From contig OX597816.1 of NCBI GenBank assembly GCA_951406725.2, positions 133,300,001-133,364,000 on the forward strand: a DNA stretch of 64,000 nt. The letters run 5' to 3'. Under the pieces are notes generated by a model. The model was not told the origin of the DNA. It saw only the letters and a list, made by a program, of their open reading frames with translations, and did no database searches. Positions 52,365 through 64,000 of the stretch are shown piece by piece. Source of the DNA: Octopus vulgaris (Eukaryota). Made by a program: the position numbers and the translations under genes. Within the stretch, counting starts at the first letter, position 1. Each line of letters begins with the position of its first letter.

Positions 52365-55300
52365 TCAGGTTGCTTGTTGAAGACCTTGTTGAAGCAATTC
52401 TAACATAACAGGATATATGTCGGCAAACTTCTTGCCCTGACGACATTTAACTTGTTGTACATAGGCTTCCAGTGCGCCTCTGTAAAAGATAATGAAAATA
52501 TCACCCTATAGCATCATTCAGATTGAAGGTGTTAATATTTATTCTGAAATCCATCAAAAATGGTAAAAGTATTCAGTTTACACACATGTAGGTAGCATCA
52601 TCATTTTATCTGTCATACCTAACTTGTCAAGATCTTGGGATTACTTCAGTTCAAGACTTCCTACACTCTTCTTCTACTACTTCATGGTACTTAATCCTAC
52701 CAATATGAATCATACTATTCTTCTCCTCATCAGCATCAGGAAATAATCAATTTTTGGCAGCTTTTAGCCTCTTAAATACATTTCAATGTATTTCCCATGA
52801 TGTGGAAGACAGTTATAAGTCACAGTAAACATCATGTAAAAGAGTTACGTAGATATCTTCTTAACTTTTACAAATCCATTCAATGTTTTCAAATAAAATA
52901 CCCAACAATAGAAAATATTTAATTTCACTATAAAATGAAAATTTATCCAGATATTGAAATGATCTAAAGTCAGTAAAATAGGTATTAGCAAACTTTTAGG
53001 GGACAAATTGGGAATATTTTTATGCCTTACAGGCTAAGGTTAATAAAAAATTAAACTATAATCATACTAAGCAATAGACATGACTTGTTTAATTACTTTA
53101 ATATTTTACATTATAAGACTATGTACCTTGACAAGCATCCCTATAATATATATTTCAAAGTTTGGCACAAGACCAGCAATTTCAGGGGAGGGGCTAAGTA
53201 AGTTACATTGACTCCGGTGATCAACTAGTATTTATTTTACCAACCCTGAAAAGATGAAAGGCAAAGTCGACCTCAGTGGAATTTGAACTCAGAGTGTGAA
53301 AATAGACGAAATGCCTCTAAGCATTTCGCTGAGAGTGCTAACGATTCTGCCAGCTTGACACCTTAAATTTCCTTGTAATATCACTCAATGAGGACTATGA
53401 AATTCTGGTGGGAAGAAGACCCTATAATCAGACTGCAGTTCAAATTTTGTGTTTTTGTATTCAAAACTGACTGGAAACGGTTAGCCAATTCAACATAATT
53501 CAACTTCAAAAACGTTTTTTTACATAAATATTATGTGCTAAATGCTAAACTCTTAAAAGTTGATCTAGGTTTCCCATTTGTACTAGTCTTTTGATCTGGC
53601 AGAAGTTCTTCAATAATGCAATCAGAAGGATTTTGAAAAAAAATTTTTAATGCCTTCACATTTTCAATGAGATATGAAAAACACTGTTGAAACTATAGAT
53701 AGGCAAGTGAATATGTTGATATTTTTAAATTGTGGCACCAGCCAGTTTACTTGCTTTCTGCAACAGATAAGTAAACTCTTTTACTGTCATTTCCTCATTT
53801 ATTAACAATATATGAGACACTGTTGCTCTATTCATTTAGGAACATGAAAATATGTAAAATCTCCCACCTAGGGAAAATTTTTCCTATATTAATATAAAAC
53901 ACTACTTCATTTAAAGCCACTGCATATAACCTTTTGCTCCATTTTCAATACTATATTTTTTTGCTTACCACAGACATACAGAAAACAAAGAACTTGCATG
54001 CAACATCACATATCCAATGAATTTGCCGAGCCATGGGTCAGAGTTCATGGTTTGCTGACCCATGAATTATTAGAAAAAGGAAATTACACACTTAGAAATG
54101 CACAAAAGAAACTTACTTAATAAATGTGAGTCTATCTTTTTCTGATGTGTGATTATCTAACCATTGGGAATAATAACTCACTGACCAGTCAGCATTCTGA
54201 AACAGAAGTAATTAATTACTGGTAAAGTTGATGACTTAATATATTTAATTTTGCTTTTAAAAGATTAAGAAACATTTTATATTACTCCATAACAAAAGAC
54301 AGCTCACCTGAAAGTTTAAAACAAATGGCAAATTTACACTTTGGCATAAAATAGAGGGATTATTTATCAATAATATAAATATGCTAACTTTTTGTTTTTG
54401 TACATACCTGTTGTGTGCATCACACTTACTTCAAAGAAGTGGCAATGTGAGAGAGAGAAAGGGAGAGTGAGAGTGAAAGAGACTGAGTGGTGACAGCGTT
54501 TTGTCTTTTTAAATGTTTCAGAGAGGACATAAGACAGACAGAAAGAGAGTGAAAGAGACAGTCAGTGAGTGATGACAGCATTCATCACAAGAGAAGTAGA
54601 TACATATACACATTGTTAAATCAAAAGCAGGAGGGAAAAGGGACACAAAGGAAATGAAAGAGAAAGTGAGAGAGGCAATAGATACATAAATCCAAAGAAA
54701 AGTTCATACATAGATACATATACACAGCAAGTATTGGATGTCAATTACACTTTTCATTATCACATGAGGATAAAATTAACACACAAACGGCTGTGTACTC
54801 CACAGACATGCATAACATTAACGTAGGTCTCAGGGAGATTCAGCCTCACACAGAATATGACAAGGCTGGCCCCTTTTAATTACAGCTACAACATATATAT
54901 ACATATGAGAGAGGAGTGAGTGGTGTTTGTTTTGTTTTCAACCGCAGCAAATAAACAAAAACATATACATTGTATATGTATTTCTATTGAATCATTTTGG
55001 ACATTTATTGAAAAATTGAAAGAGAAAGAGCTTGAAGACAACTAAAACAATTCCAGTCAATTTCTTTATTAACCATGAGGTTGAGAAAAAGAGGGGACAA
55101 TAGGAGGAGTCAGTGGCAAAGCAACAGGTAGAAAGAGAGAGAGAGAGGTGAAGACTTCATTGTGGATTATCTGACACTGTCTCTAGGCATGTGTTTGTGT
55201 ATGTTTGTATGTATATGATTGTACATGCTGTTTTGAATTCCTTTCTTCCACTGACCTTAAACTACTATTAAAGGCCCAACCACACACACATATACACATT

Positions 55301-58300
55301 TGTTTTAACCCATTTCAACTGCAGCCATTTAAATTTTGAATTTGTTTTCATTATAAAATTACACCTCAGCTAAAAAAACATCTTTTAGCTTTGGAATACA
55401 ATGTTGTCTTTTCCTTTCTATATTTTTTAAGTTAGAATTTCTGGCTCATCTGTTGATGTGTCATCATTACACATCCACATTGCACCTTTAAGATCGGGGA
55501 ACCAGTTAGGGGCCTGCTGGATCTCTCTCAGTAAACCACAAAATCGCACCAGCCAGCATTACCACTACCTCCAAGCCCGTCACATGTATGTATGTGTTTG
55601 TCCCACCACCACCATTGCTTGACAACCAATGTTGGTGCGTTTGCATCCCTGTAATTTAGCTGTTCAGCAGAAAAGACTGATAGAATAAGCACCAGGCTTA
55701 CAAGAAATAAGTCCAGGGGTCAATTTTTTTGACTAAAGAGTGGTGCTTCAGCATGGCCACTGTCAAATGAAAGAATACCAGAAAAACGTTCATACCACTA
55801 AACCAAGAAGGTCCTTTTTTAAGGTTAAATAGTAATTCTGTTTACATTTGTGTAACTGAGATATTTTGGTTGGATTATATAGTCATTGGTATTACATTAC
55901 TTTCTATATTCTGTAACTGTCACAAAATACTTTTCTAGGCCTGAAATTTTTGTGGGGATGGGGTCAGTTGATTAGATTGACCCTAGTACACAACTGGTAC
56001 TTAATTTATCGACCCCAGAAGGATGAAAGGCAAAGTCAACCTCGGCAGAACTTGAACTCAGAATACAAAGACAGACAGTCATAATATACAAACATTTCTC
56101 ATGGCACCAGTACACTGTTTACAGATGCTTACATTTTTTTGTTTTCAATGAATTTGTCATGGGTCCAGCTAGTTATTATTATTTTATATTTTTCTGAAGA
56201 AAAGAAAATATTTAAGGAATACCTTAAATAAAAAAAGGATATATTCATATATACCTGATGAGGAGATGTAAGTTCTGCAGGAGCTCTAGCAAATAAGAAG
56301 CTCAAAACTAAACTATAAGGAATGACATCACCAAGGACAGGATTTCTGGAAATATGTTCACTAGACTGGAATAATAATGGCCTGAAAACAAAAAAAAAAG
56401 AATTCTTCAATTAAAATTTAATTTCATACAATTAAAATCAGTTTTATGTTACTAATAAAAAAGGGTTAAATATTAGAAGAGACATCTTTGTCAATAATCA
56501 GGCACATTCTGACTGTCTATTTCAGCATTCCTTCAGAGTGTTTTATAACACTTCTGTAACCTGTTTCAATACAGTTCTGTATATACTTTACATTATTGAT
56601 TGTATATGGATATCTTTAAGTAATCAAAGGAAATCAGATTTGAAATGGAAACAAGAGTAAGATAGTAAAATATTTTTTAATCACTGATGCTGTTTAAGCT
56701 ATTTATGAACGTTTACGACACTAGGAACATGCTACAAGTATATTATATAATATGAAGACTGTTCTATCAAATATTTATCTTATAATCTGCAAGATGTTAT
56801 TTCTAATTGTAGATATCTCTCTTATATTTCCACAAAATTTCTATTTTTAGTTTCAAAATTATATTAATATATATTCTAAACATGATTTTGAAGCTAAAAG
56901 AAATTGTTTTATACTCAACACTCAAGGCTACAATTAAGTGAAGAAAAGGTAACTAAAACAAACCTGAAAGCTCTGAGAAGACGGTAGGGTCGACCTAGAT
57001 CAGATGGACGATGACAAAATGGAGAAAGAGCACTTTCCATTTGAGCAAAATCTGATGCAAGTTTCATTTTCCCACCATCTCCCAGGGGCCGAATTAAGCA
57101 AGCATGTCGCACAAACAGTTCAATACATCGGCAACAAACTCCATTTATACTGCAATAAAACAATAACATGAAAGTGTATTTTTACAAATTTTTTCCCCTT
57201 CATTTGTATAGATACTTTTTTTAATGACTTAGTTGGGAGTGGAAGAGCCATGCCCAAGACCTTTTTTTTTTAGGACCTCCATGGAAAAAAGTTGACCTCT
57301 CTAATTGCTTTAAATGCTTGCAAGAGAGTGGACTTTACTAGAGATATACAAGGGTCAAATGGTGACATTTAACCCAAGTAACAGACTATGTCTATTACAC
57401 AAAAACAGGAACAATTGCTCCACTAGACTTCCATACAGTTAGGGTTTACAAAATTCCACTCTAGAGGCTTTGATAGAACCAATGCAATTCTAAGATAAGA
57501 CACATGCCCAAGGTGAACTTAAACATAAAGCCATAATTGAACACGTTTTGGAGAAAAAAAAATTTAATTTTAGAAAATGAATTTGAATGGAATACAAATT
57601 CCTAAACACATAATGAGGATGGTGAATTTTCACAAAAAACAATATTTTAAATTACATATTCTACTAAATGCAGAATTATGTATGTGAGATAGAGGAACAT
57701 ATTTTGTTGAAACAAAGTAAATACTAAAGAAATTTGATTATTTCTAAAGTGGAAGCTAAAAGCATGAAATTTCATCTTTATACAGAAAATAGTAGATTTT
57801 CATATAATAACAGAAGTTATTTTTTCATTCTGAAATATGCAAAATCTCTTAAGTGATTTCAGCAAGTTTGACTGTTTGAATTGTTCTAGATTGCATCAGT
57901 ATATAACAATTTTGTCTTTGAAGCCCAAGATTCTAAGACCTAAATTCACAACTACTTGTATCTTCCTGTACCATAAGTACCTTCCATTGTCAATGCATAC
58001 AGCATTTTCATTCAACACTTGTCATCCATTTACATGACATAGCCCTACCAATACAATCATCTCTCTCACATACTAAGCCCAATGTCTCTCTCTCTCTCAT
58101 TTGATTTTGATTTGCCTATAAATCTCAAGCTTGACTTGTCAAATAACTAGTAGAAATGAGAAAATTGTGACATGACATTTACCTGTTAAAGATGAAATCA
58201 GCACAAGTATACTGTGATAAATAGTCAGTGCGTGCTCGTGCAATAAAGCTCTGTAGTTCCTTCATGTACAGGGAACAGGGAGCATCTACAGTAGTACTGG

Positions 58301-61300
58301 TTGGAGCATCACTAAAATGTAAAGAGAACACCAGAGTTATACCTGAAGCAGGATGTTATTTTCACAATGCGATACATGTATTTAAACATTTTATTTGAAT
58401 CAGATTTACATATCAATATTTTTCTTTCTATTTTATTTTAATCACTTAGGAAATTTTAAGGGATTAATATATTATATTATCAACTTAATACAAAAATACT
58501 TTGTCTTTGTGTCAAACCATTATCTATAATCTCATCTTTAACTCTTATAAAAGAACAGAGCCAATCTATTGCCCCTCACCAAAAGCACATAAAAAAAGCA
58601 AAATCTCAAGAATATATATCAAGATGATTCCTGGTACTTAACACAGCATGTAACTTTAGAAATCAGAACCATGTAACTGAAGTAGGGTACATATGGCAAA
58701 TATAAACCCTCTTCCTGATGTCTCTCATTGAAATAAAATATTTATATTAAAATAACTAATTGATTTAATAAGCTGTTTGTAGAAAAATTCACAAATCAAG
58801 AATTCTTGAAAGTAAAGGCACAAATAATGTTAATTCGTTTTTTAAAAAAACTCTAATCAAATAGTCTTTTAAAAGAAATCCAAATCATTCAGAAATATAT
58901 GCAGCAGTATATAAGCCATGACAAGATATTTTTAAACAATATTTACCCTGAAAAATCTTCTTGGTGAATGGTTAATATGATAGCTTCCAGTGCATCTGAG
59001 ATAGATGACAGCAATGGCTGTATGCCTGAACTCATCAGCATAACAACATCCTGAAAAAAGTAGTAGTAACAATAACAATCTCTAGCATAGGCACAAAACC
59101 TATAAATTGATTTTTGTTTTGTTGGGGTCTTTTTAGGGAGAGGGGAAGCATTATAGTCTGGTACACAGTTTATCCATCTCAGAAGAATAAAAGGAAAAGT
59201 TAACATGAACAGGAATTGAACTGAGAATGTAAAAACAGTTAAGTAATGCAATATGCTCTGCCTAGTATTTTACTGATTTCCTATCTACCATTCTAATACA
59301 ATAAAAACAATACACAGTGAAGAATAAATTCAAAACATGAAAGGAAAGCCTCAAAATAAATTTAGCAAAGACTGGGAAATGGGAAAAACAAAATATACAG
59401 AAAAAAATGGAGCTAGGGATTTCATAATGTTCCCAATGTAAATTACAAGAGATATTGTGAATATGACAGGTTAACAGGGAAGGAAGACTTTGTGTGACAG
59501 ATGCATAGTTAGCAGTAAGTGACCCATGAAATAGTTTTTTAACCGTCTCTGTGTCTAACTTTACTCTCTACACAGCTCAAGAGTAATGATTGCAGATAAT
59601 CTAATGAACAGAATCACAAACAAATTCAGGAGAATAACAATAGACCTCTCAACTACCATATTTGTTCACCTGAATCACTACTTTCCTCACAACTTTCACC
59701 AGTTTGATTGTCAAGAGTAAATATCATCAATAATTTTCTCAGCTGTAAAGAGTCTAAGCCTTGCTTGTTTATCAGACGAAGTGCTGGATTCATCATATGC
59801 TTATTTCATTGCAAAAGTCCATTTTTTATTTATTAAAAACAAAACTAAACAACAGTTATGGGGAATGATATTAACAATGAGTCATAAATACACTTAACTA
59901 TAATGTTGCAACATTAACTTTATTTTCCTTTTTGGTCAAGATTACATTTAGGCTGTTCCTTGATATACCAAGAAGATGTAGTAATAGGTTTAATACTCAG
60001 TAAGCTTTATAGAAATAGTTGATAACTTTTGTTACCTAAATGACCAAATCAGCAGTGACTGAAGGTGTTTTGAAAGTATTGTAGCCAGAGTAAAGAACAG
60101 GGTGGTAAAAGTAGATTGTATGATGCTTTTGTACCAAGAGCAATGTATGATAGAGCATGATGAGCAATGAATGTAAAGTACATGTGAAAACTGAAAACAA
60201 ATGAATCACCCATGCTCCACTGTTTTATGTTAGTGTATATGAAATGCAGAGCACAAATGAGGTGAGAGAAAACCTGAATATAAGAATTAGATGTAGTGTA
60301 CAAGGAAACAAGACTGAGCAGCCAATGCATATGGTAGATGATAGTTAAGCAACAAGTACCAAAAGATTCAAGTGGAAGAAACCTGTAAAAGAGGAAGTTA
60401 CAGGTAAAGAAGATGAAAGTGCTTCTCAAGATGTTGAACCTGTAAATGAAATGACAAATGATTGCAACAAATGACATGATACTGAGTTGGAGAAGAACTG
60501 TTTAATTCATGCCAGCATGAAAAAGCAGATGGAAAATGTTGATAATGCACTATTATTGCACTTGAGAACAGTGAGCCAAAAGTGAAACCTACTTTTGACC
60601 CAGGTGAGGAGGGATTAGTGAAAAGCTAAAGCAACATGAAATAAACTAAACTGATACAAACCTTCAAAGATTCATTCAAATTTTCTAGGGCTTCACTAGG
60701 ATAAAAGTTCAACCCAGAAATCACCTGTAACAAAAATAAATATAGCTATAGGGACATTTCCGTAAAATCAAAAGAATATATGTGATTCACTTCATCCCAC
60801 TGTATGACTGGTATTTATATAATTTATACCATTTCCCCATTACATAGCAAAGAACATTTGTGAGATACTGAACACACATACTACAAACCCAATTATCAGA
60901 TTCTATCTTATGCTAATAATTAAAATAGAAATGAATTTTATACTACAAGGAACAAAAAAGATATTACATTATGAAAATGCAAAACATTACTAGTTTTTTC
61001 AGATTCTACTTATACCTGAAAGATTTTTCTGATGCTCATTTTTTAAAATTTTATTTTCTTGACTATTTTACATCCATTTTTACATTGTGTTTGTTTTTAT
61101 TAGAATAACAGCTTCATTAAAGTTTCATTAGTTTGCAGTGCTGAACTGAAATACTCTATGGGTCTGCAGAAGACACCAGGGAAATACTTTCCTAATTGAC
61201 TTCATGAAAATGAAATCTTCTGTGATGGACTACAAACCCAACATGTTATAGCACATTACTGCTGTTGGCAGTACATCACAAGTAATTGGCAGGGCACTGC

Positions 61301-62579
61301 TAGCTATTACACTAATGAATGCATGTATATCATTACTGATGTATGTTGTCACTGATTTCTCAGCAGTGCTAAGTCATACATTTTTTTGGTGAGAGGGGAA
61401 CAGTGAATTATATTGACCCAATGGCAAAACAGCAAACTGGCAGAATCATTAGTGCATCAGATAAACTGCTTAGCAGCATTTCTTCAGGTATTTTACACTC
61501 TGAATTCAAACCCTGTCTAGGTCAACTTTGTCTTTCATCCTTTTAGACTCAAAATAAGTACCAGTTGAGCACTGGGGTCAATGTAAACAACTAATCTCTT
61601 CCTAAAATTACTGGCTTGTACCATAATTTGAAACAATTATTAACATATACTAATGCATACTATTAATAATACATATTATTGCTAGTGTATACTAATATAT
61701 GCTATTATCAATGAATACTATAACTGAAATAGAAATAAAATGGCTAAATAAAATTTCTGCATATCAATATTGTATCAACTTCAAAACAGAAACGAAAAAC
61801 GCAAACACTTCTTTGAGAAATAGAAAACATTAAAATTACTTTTGACACAGCTACATGGAATTGGTAAAGAGTGTTGACAATGACGGCATTGCGGATCTGT
61901 CCAGGAGTGGCTGGACGTATAACTTGGCTGGCTTCACCATCAGTGGTCAACTGCAATAATAAAATATTGAAAATTGATTAGTCACAGACAATCTTTTACA
62001 TCACATACAATTCCATGTCTTGGAAATATTAACTTATTAGTTCAATCCTAACCAATATATATATATATATATAGAGATAGATCAAAACAGTTTGATTCAG
62101 ACTCTTTGGTACTCAGAGTTTCAAGTATGTGGTTAGTCTTCAGCCATTAGGGTCTGAATAAGAGTTCGATTGAAGAGAGTCAATGTTTACTACTGGACAT
62201 TAGCCTGCAATTAGTCACGTGGTATAGCAGTTTGATGCTGGTATTTCAGCAACAACAATTAGTCAGAAAATACCACATGGTGAACAGGAAATCAACCTAT
62301 GGTCAGAAGGTGATGTTAAACAAAGCAACAGATTAAGTCAGCCAAATAGCTTTCAACTGGATGCAGTCAAGGTTGCTTGTATGAATAGCAGCAGCCCTCA
62401 AGAACAGATAAAGACAGTCAGTCAGTGTCACTTGACAGCCACCCACCAGCAGTAAGGACTCTCCAATAAAAAAACTTACCAATTGTTCACTTTTAACACA
62501 GAAAAGCTTGACAGTTTTGGTGACATTTCTGGCCACAGTAACACTGAGCTTGGTGTCAACACTAGCCACATTCAGTTCA
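52365..62579 (-). CDS. COG5: Conserved oligomeric Golgi complex subunit 5, 3' part (gene continues beyond the right edge of the window)
   Basis: In-phase GT-AG exons 62480-62579 ([18 protein letters not shown]), 61840-61950 ([11 protein letters not shown]), 60662-60724, 58947-59050 ([13 protein letters not shown]), 58183-58311 ([13 protein letters not shown]), 56964-57149 ([29 protein letters not shown]), 56255-56381 ([14 protein letters not shown]), 54117-54196 ([13 protein letters not shown]), 52365-52479 ([21 protein letters not shown]). These match the COG5 C-terminal half as I recall it. Minus-strand AATAAA near 52245-52250. Confidence 0.92.
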
Positions 62580-63199
62580 CTGCAAACAACAAAATAAGAG
62601 AGAAAATAATTATAATTAGATATGTGTGTATAACTATTACTGGTTGACAATATTATGGTGGTAATGGTTGAGGTTATTGTAGATTGAACCAGATCATCTC
62701 TGATTCAGCAGAACTAAAATCACACTCTAATTGGTGGGAGGGGCTTCCTGCAACCAACTCTTACCTGTTTCCAAGTAAGGGGATATTTCTCCAAGGTAAC
62801 ACTTCTTTTAATTCCTATCTACCAAATCCACTCAGAATGCTTTGGTCAATGCAGGGTTATGGTAGAAGACATTTGCCTAAAGTACCACACAATAGGACTG
62901 AACCTGAAACAATGTGGTTGGAAAGCAAACTTCTCAACCACACAGCCATGACTATTATTATTAGAAAATCTGAGTTGGTGCTGACAGCAAAGTACAAATA
63001 AGATATAGTTTGATGCCCCATCATTCTAAGTTCAATTACTAACTTTGTTTTTCACCTCTCCAGTGTCAATAAAGAAATGTTAAAATTAAGTGACTAAAGG
63101 AAAAAGGCAATACCTATTATTCTTATAGGCATTTCCAAACCAGTGAAATTGATGCAGTTGATTTTCAGCCTGAATTCCTGAAGGGTGTTAGTAGTAAAA

Positions 63200-64000
63200 T
63201 CATGGACAAGGAAGGGAGTGTTCTATAAAGTTACAGCTTTGAGCAGGAATAATAGAGTAAACTGTTTAATGCGGAGTTTGAGGGGTAAGGAATAGTAAGG
63301 ATGACAAGAGAGTTCATCATGTGGGCTTAGGTGAAAGGGGAATGTTGTTGTTAGTTCAGAGCAGAGGCCATTGTAATAGCAGGAGAAAAGATAGAGGGAA
63401 GATACAGCATGTCTATGAACCAGTGATGATAGCATATTGGTGACTGAATCTTTGCCAATCAGCCAAATAGCCCTCAATTGGATGCAGTCAAGGTTTCTTG
63501 TATGTGTAACAGCAACACTATCCCAAATATGTCAGTAGTACAACTATGTGGGTTGCCTTGGGTTTTGTAGATCAGCAAATTAATTGATTTTGAAGTATTC
63601 TTACCTCAGTTTTGTCAGTTTCATAGACATGAGGTCACCATGAGAGATTATCAGAGATTGTGAGGTCTATAATTTATAATTAATTTGATGCTTTTAGTTG
63701 TATGTTTCTAAGGTGTAAAACGGGTGCAATGCACTACTGCTCCCTTGATACATAGTGGCTGTATTGTTGAAGGGCAAAAGCTTATTATGCTATTAGTGAA
63801 GAATATTTCCAAGTTCTCTTTTCATGAAAGCAATGCATAAGAGATGTCTAGTTTGAATAATGGTGATGTCTATGTGCTGAATGTTAAGAGGAAGTGAAAG
63901 GCAGTATCATCTGCATAGAAGTTGTAGCAAGGTGAACATTAATGTACAGAAAGAAGAGTATGGGAGACATAACTGAACCTTGAGATACACCAGAGTTGAT
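63200..64000 (-). mobile_element. LINE reverse transcriptase fragment (CR1/L2/Jockey-like) in a COG5 intron; related fragments near 60050-60470 and 62330-62450
   Basis: Minus-strand INSGVSQGSVMSPILFFLYIN followed by frameshifted FYADDTAF. The segment GCCAAATAGC..ATGCAGTCAAGGTT is shared between about 63462 and 62340. Confidence 0.75.

Noticed and set aside
56255-56290. CTGATGAG hammerhead-like core
   Set aside because: It is the antisense of a COG5 coding exon (SPHQ), with no stem II/GAAA arrangement.

Overview
AT-rich, intron-rich animal genomic DNA. The repeat landscape (abundant tRNA-derived SINEs, (CAT)n-tailed repeats, (TA)n/(CA)n tracts) resembles octopod cephalopod genomes; this is inference. 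Three conserved protein-coding genes were reconstructed exon by exon with GT-AG sites and phase checks: MCM2 (minus, 19 coding exons, 4353-36367, with one apparent A8 homopolymer frameshift), COQ2 (plus, 7 coding exons, 39857-48317, head-to-head with MCM2 across an E2F-site-containing promoter) and the 3' part of COG5 (minus, 9 exons, 52365-62579, continuing beyond the window). There is one tRNA-Arg(ACG). Mobile elements: an RT-deleted Ty3/Gypsy element, Helitrons, a 5'-inverted RTE LINE, a Merlin transposase relic, hAT and piggyBac-type MITEs, and three Penelope-like (PLE) GIY-YIG relics. The most unusual signal is a set of short fold-back elements, mostly next to microsatellites, carrying minimal type I hammerhead-ribozyme motifs (around 1.2, 6.8-7.6, 20.1-20.5 and 20.5-20.7 kb). 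They look like a PLE-dependent, retrozyme-like family, and one near-intact ribozyme lies on the MCM2 pre-mRNA strand.
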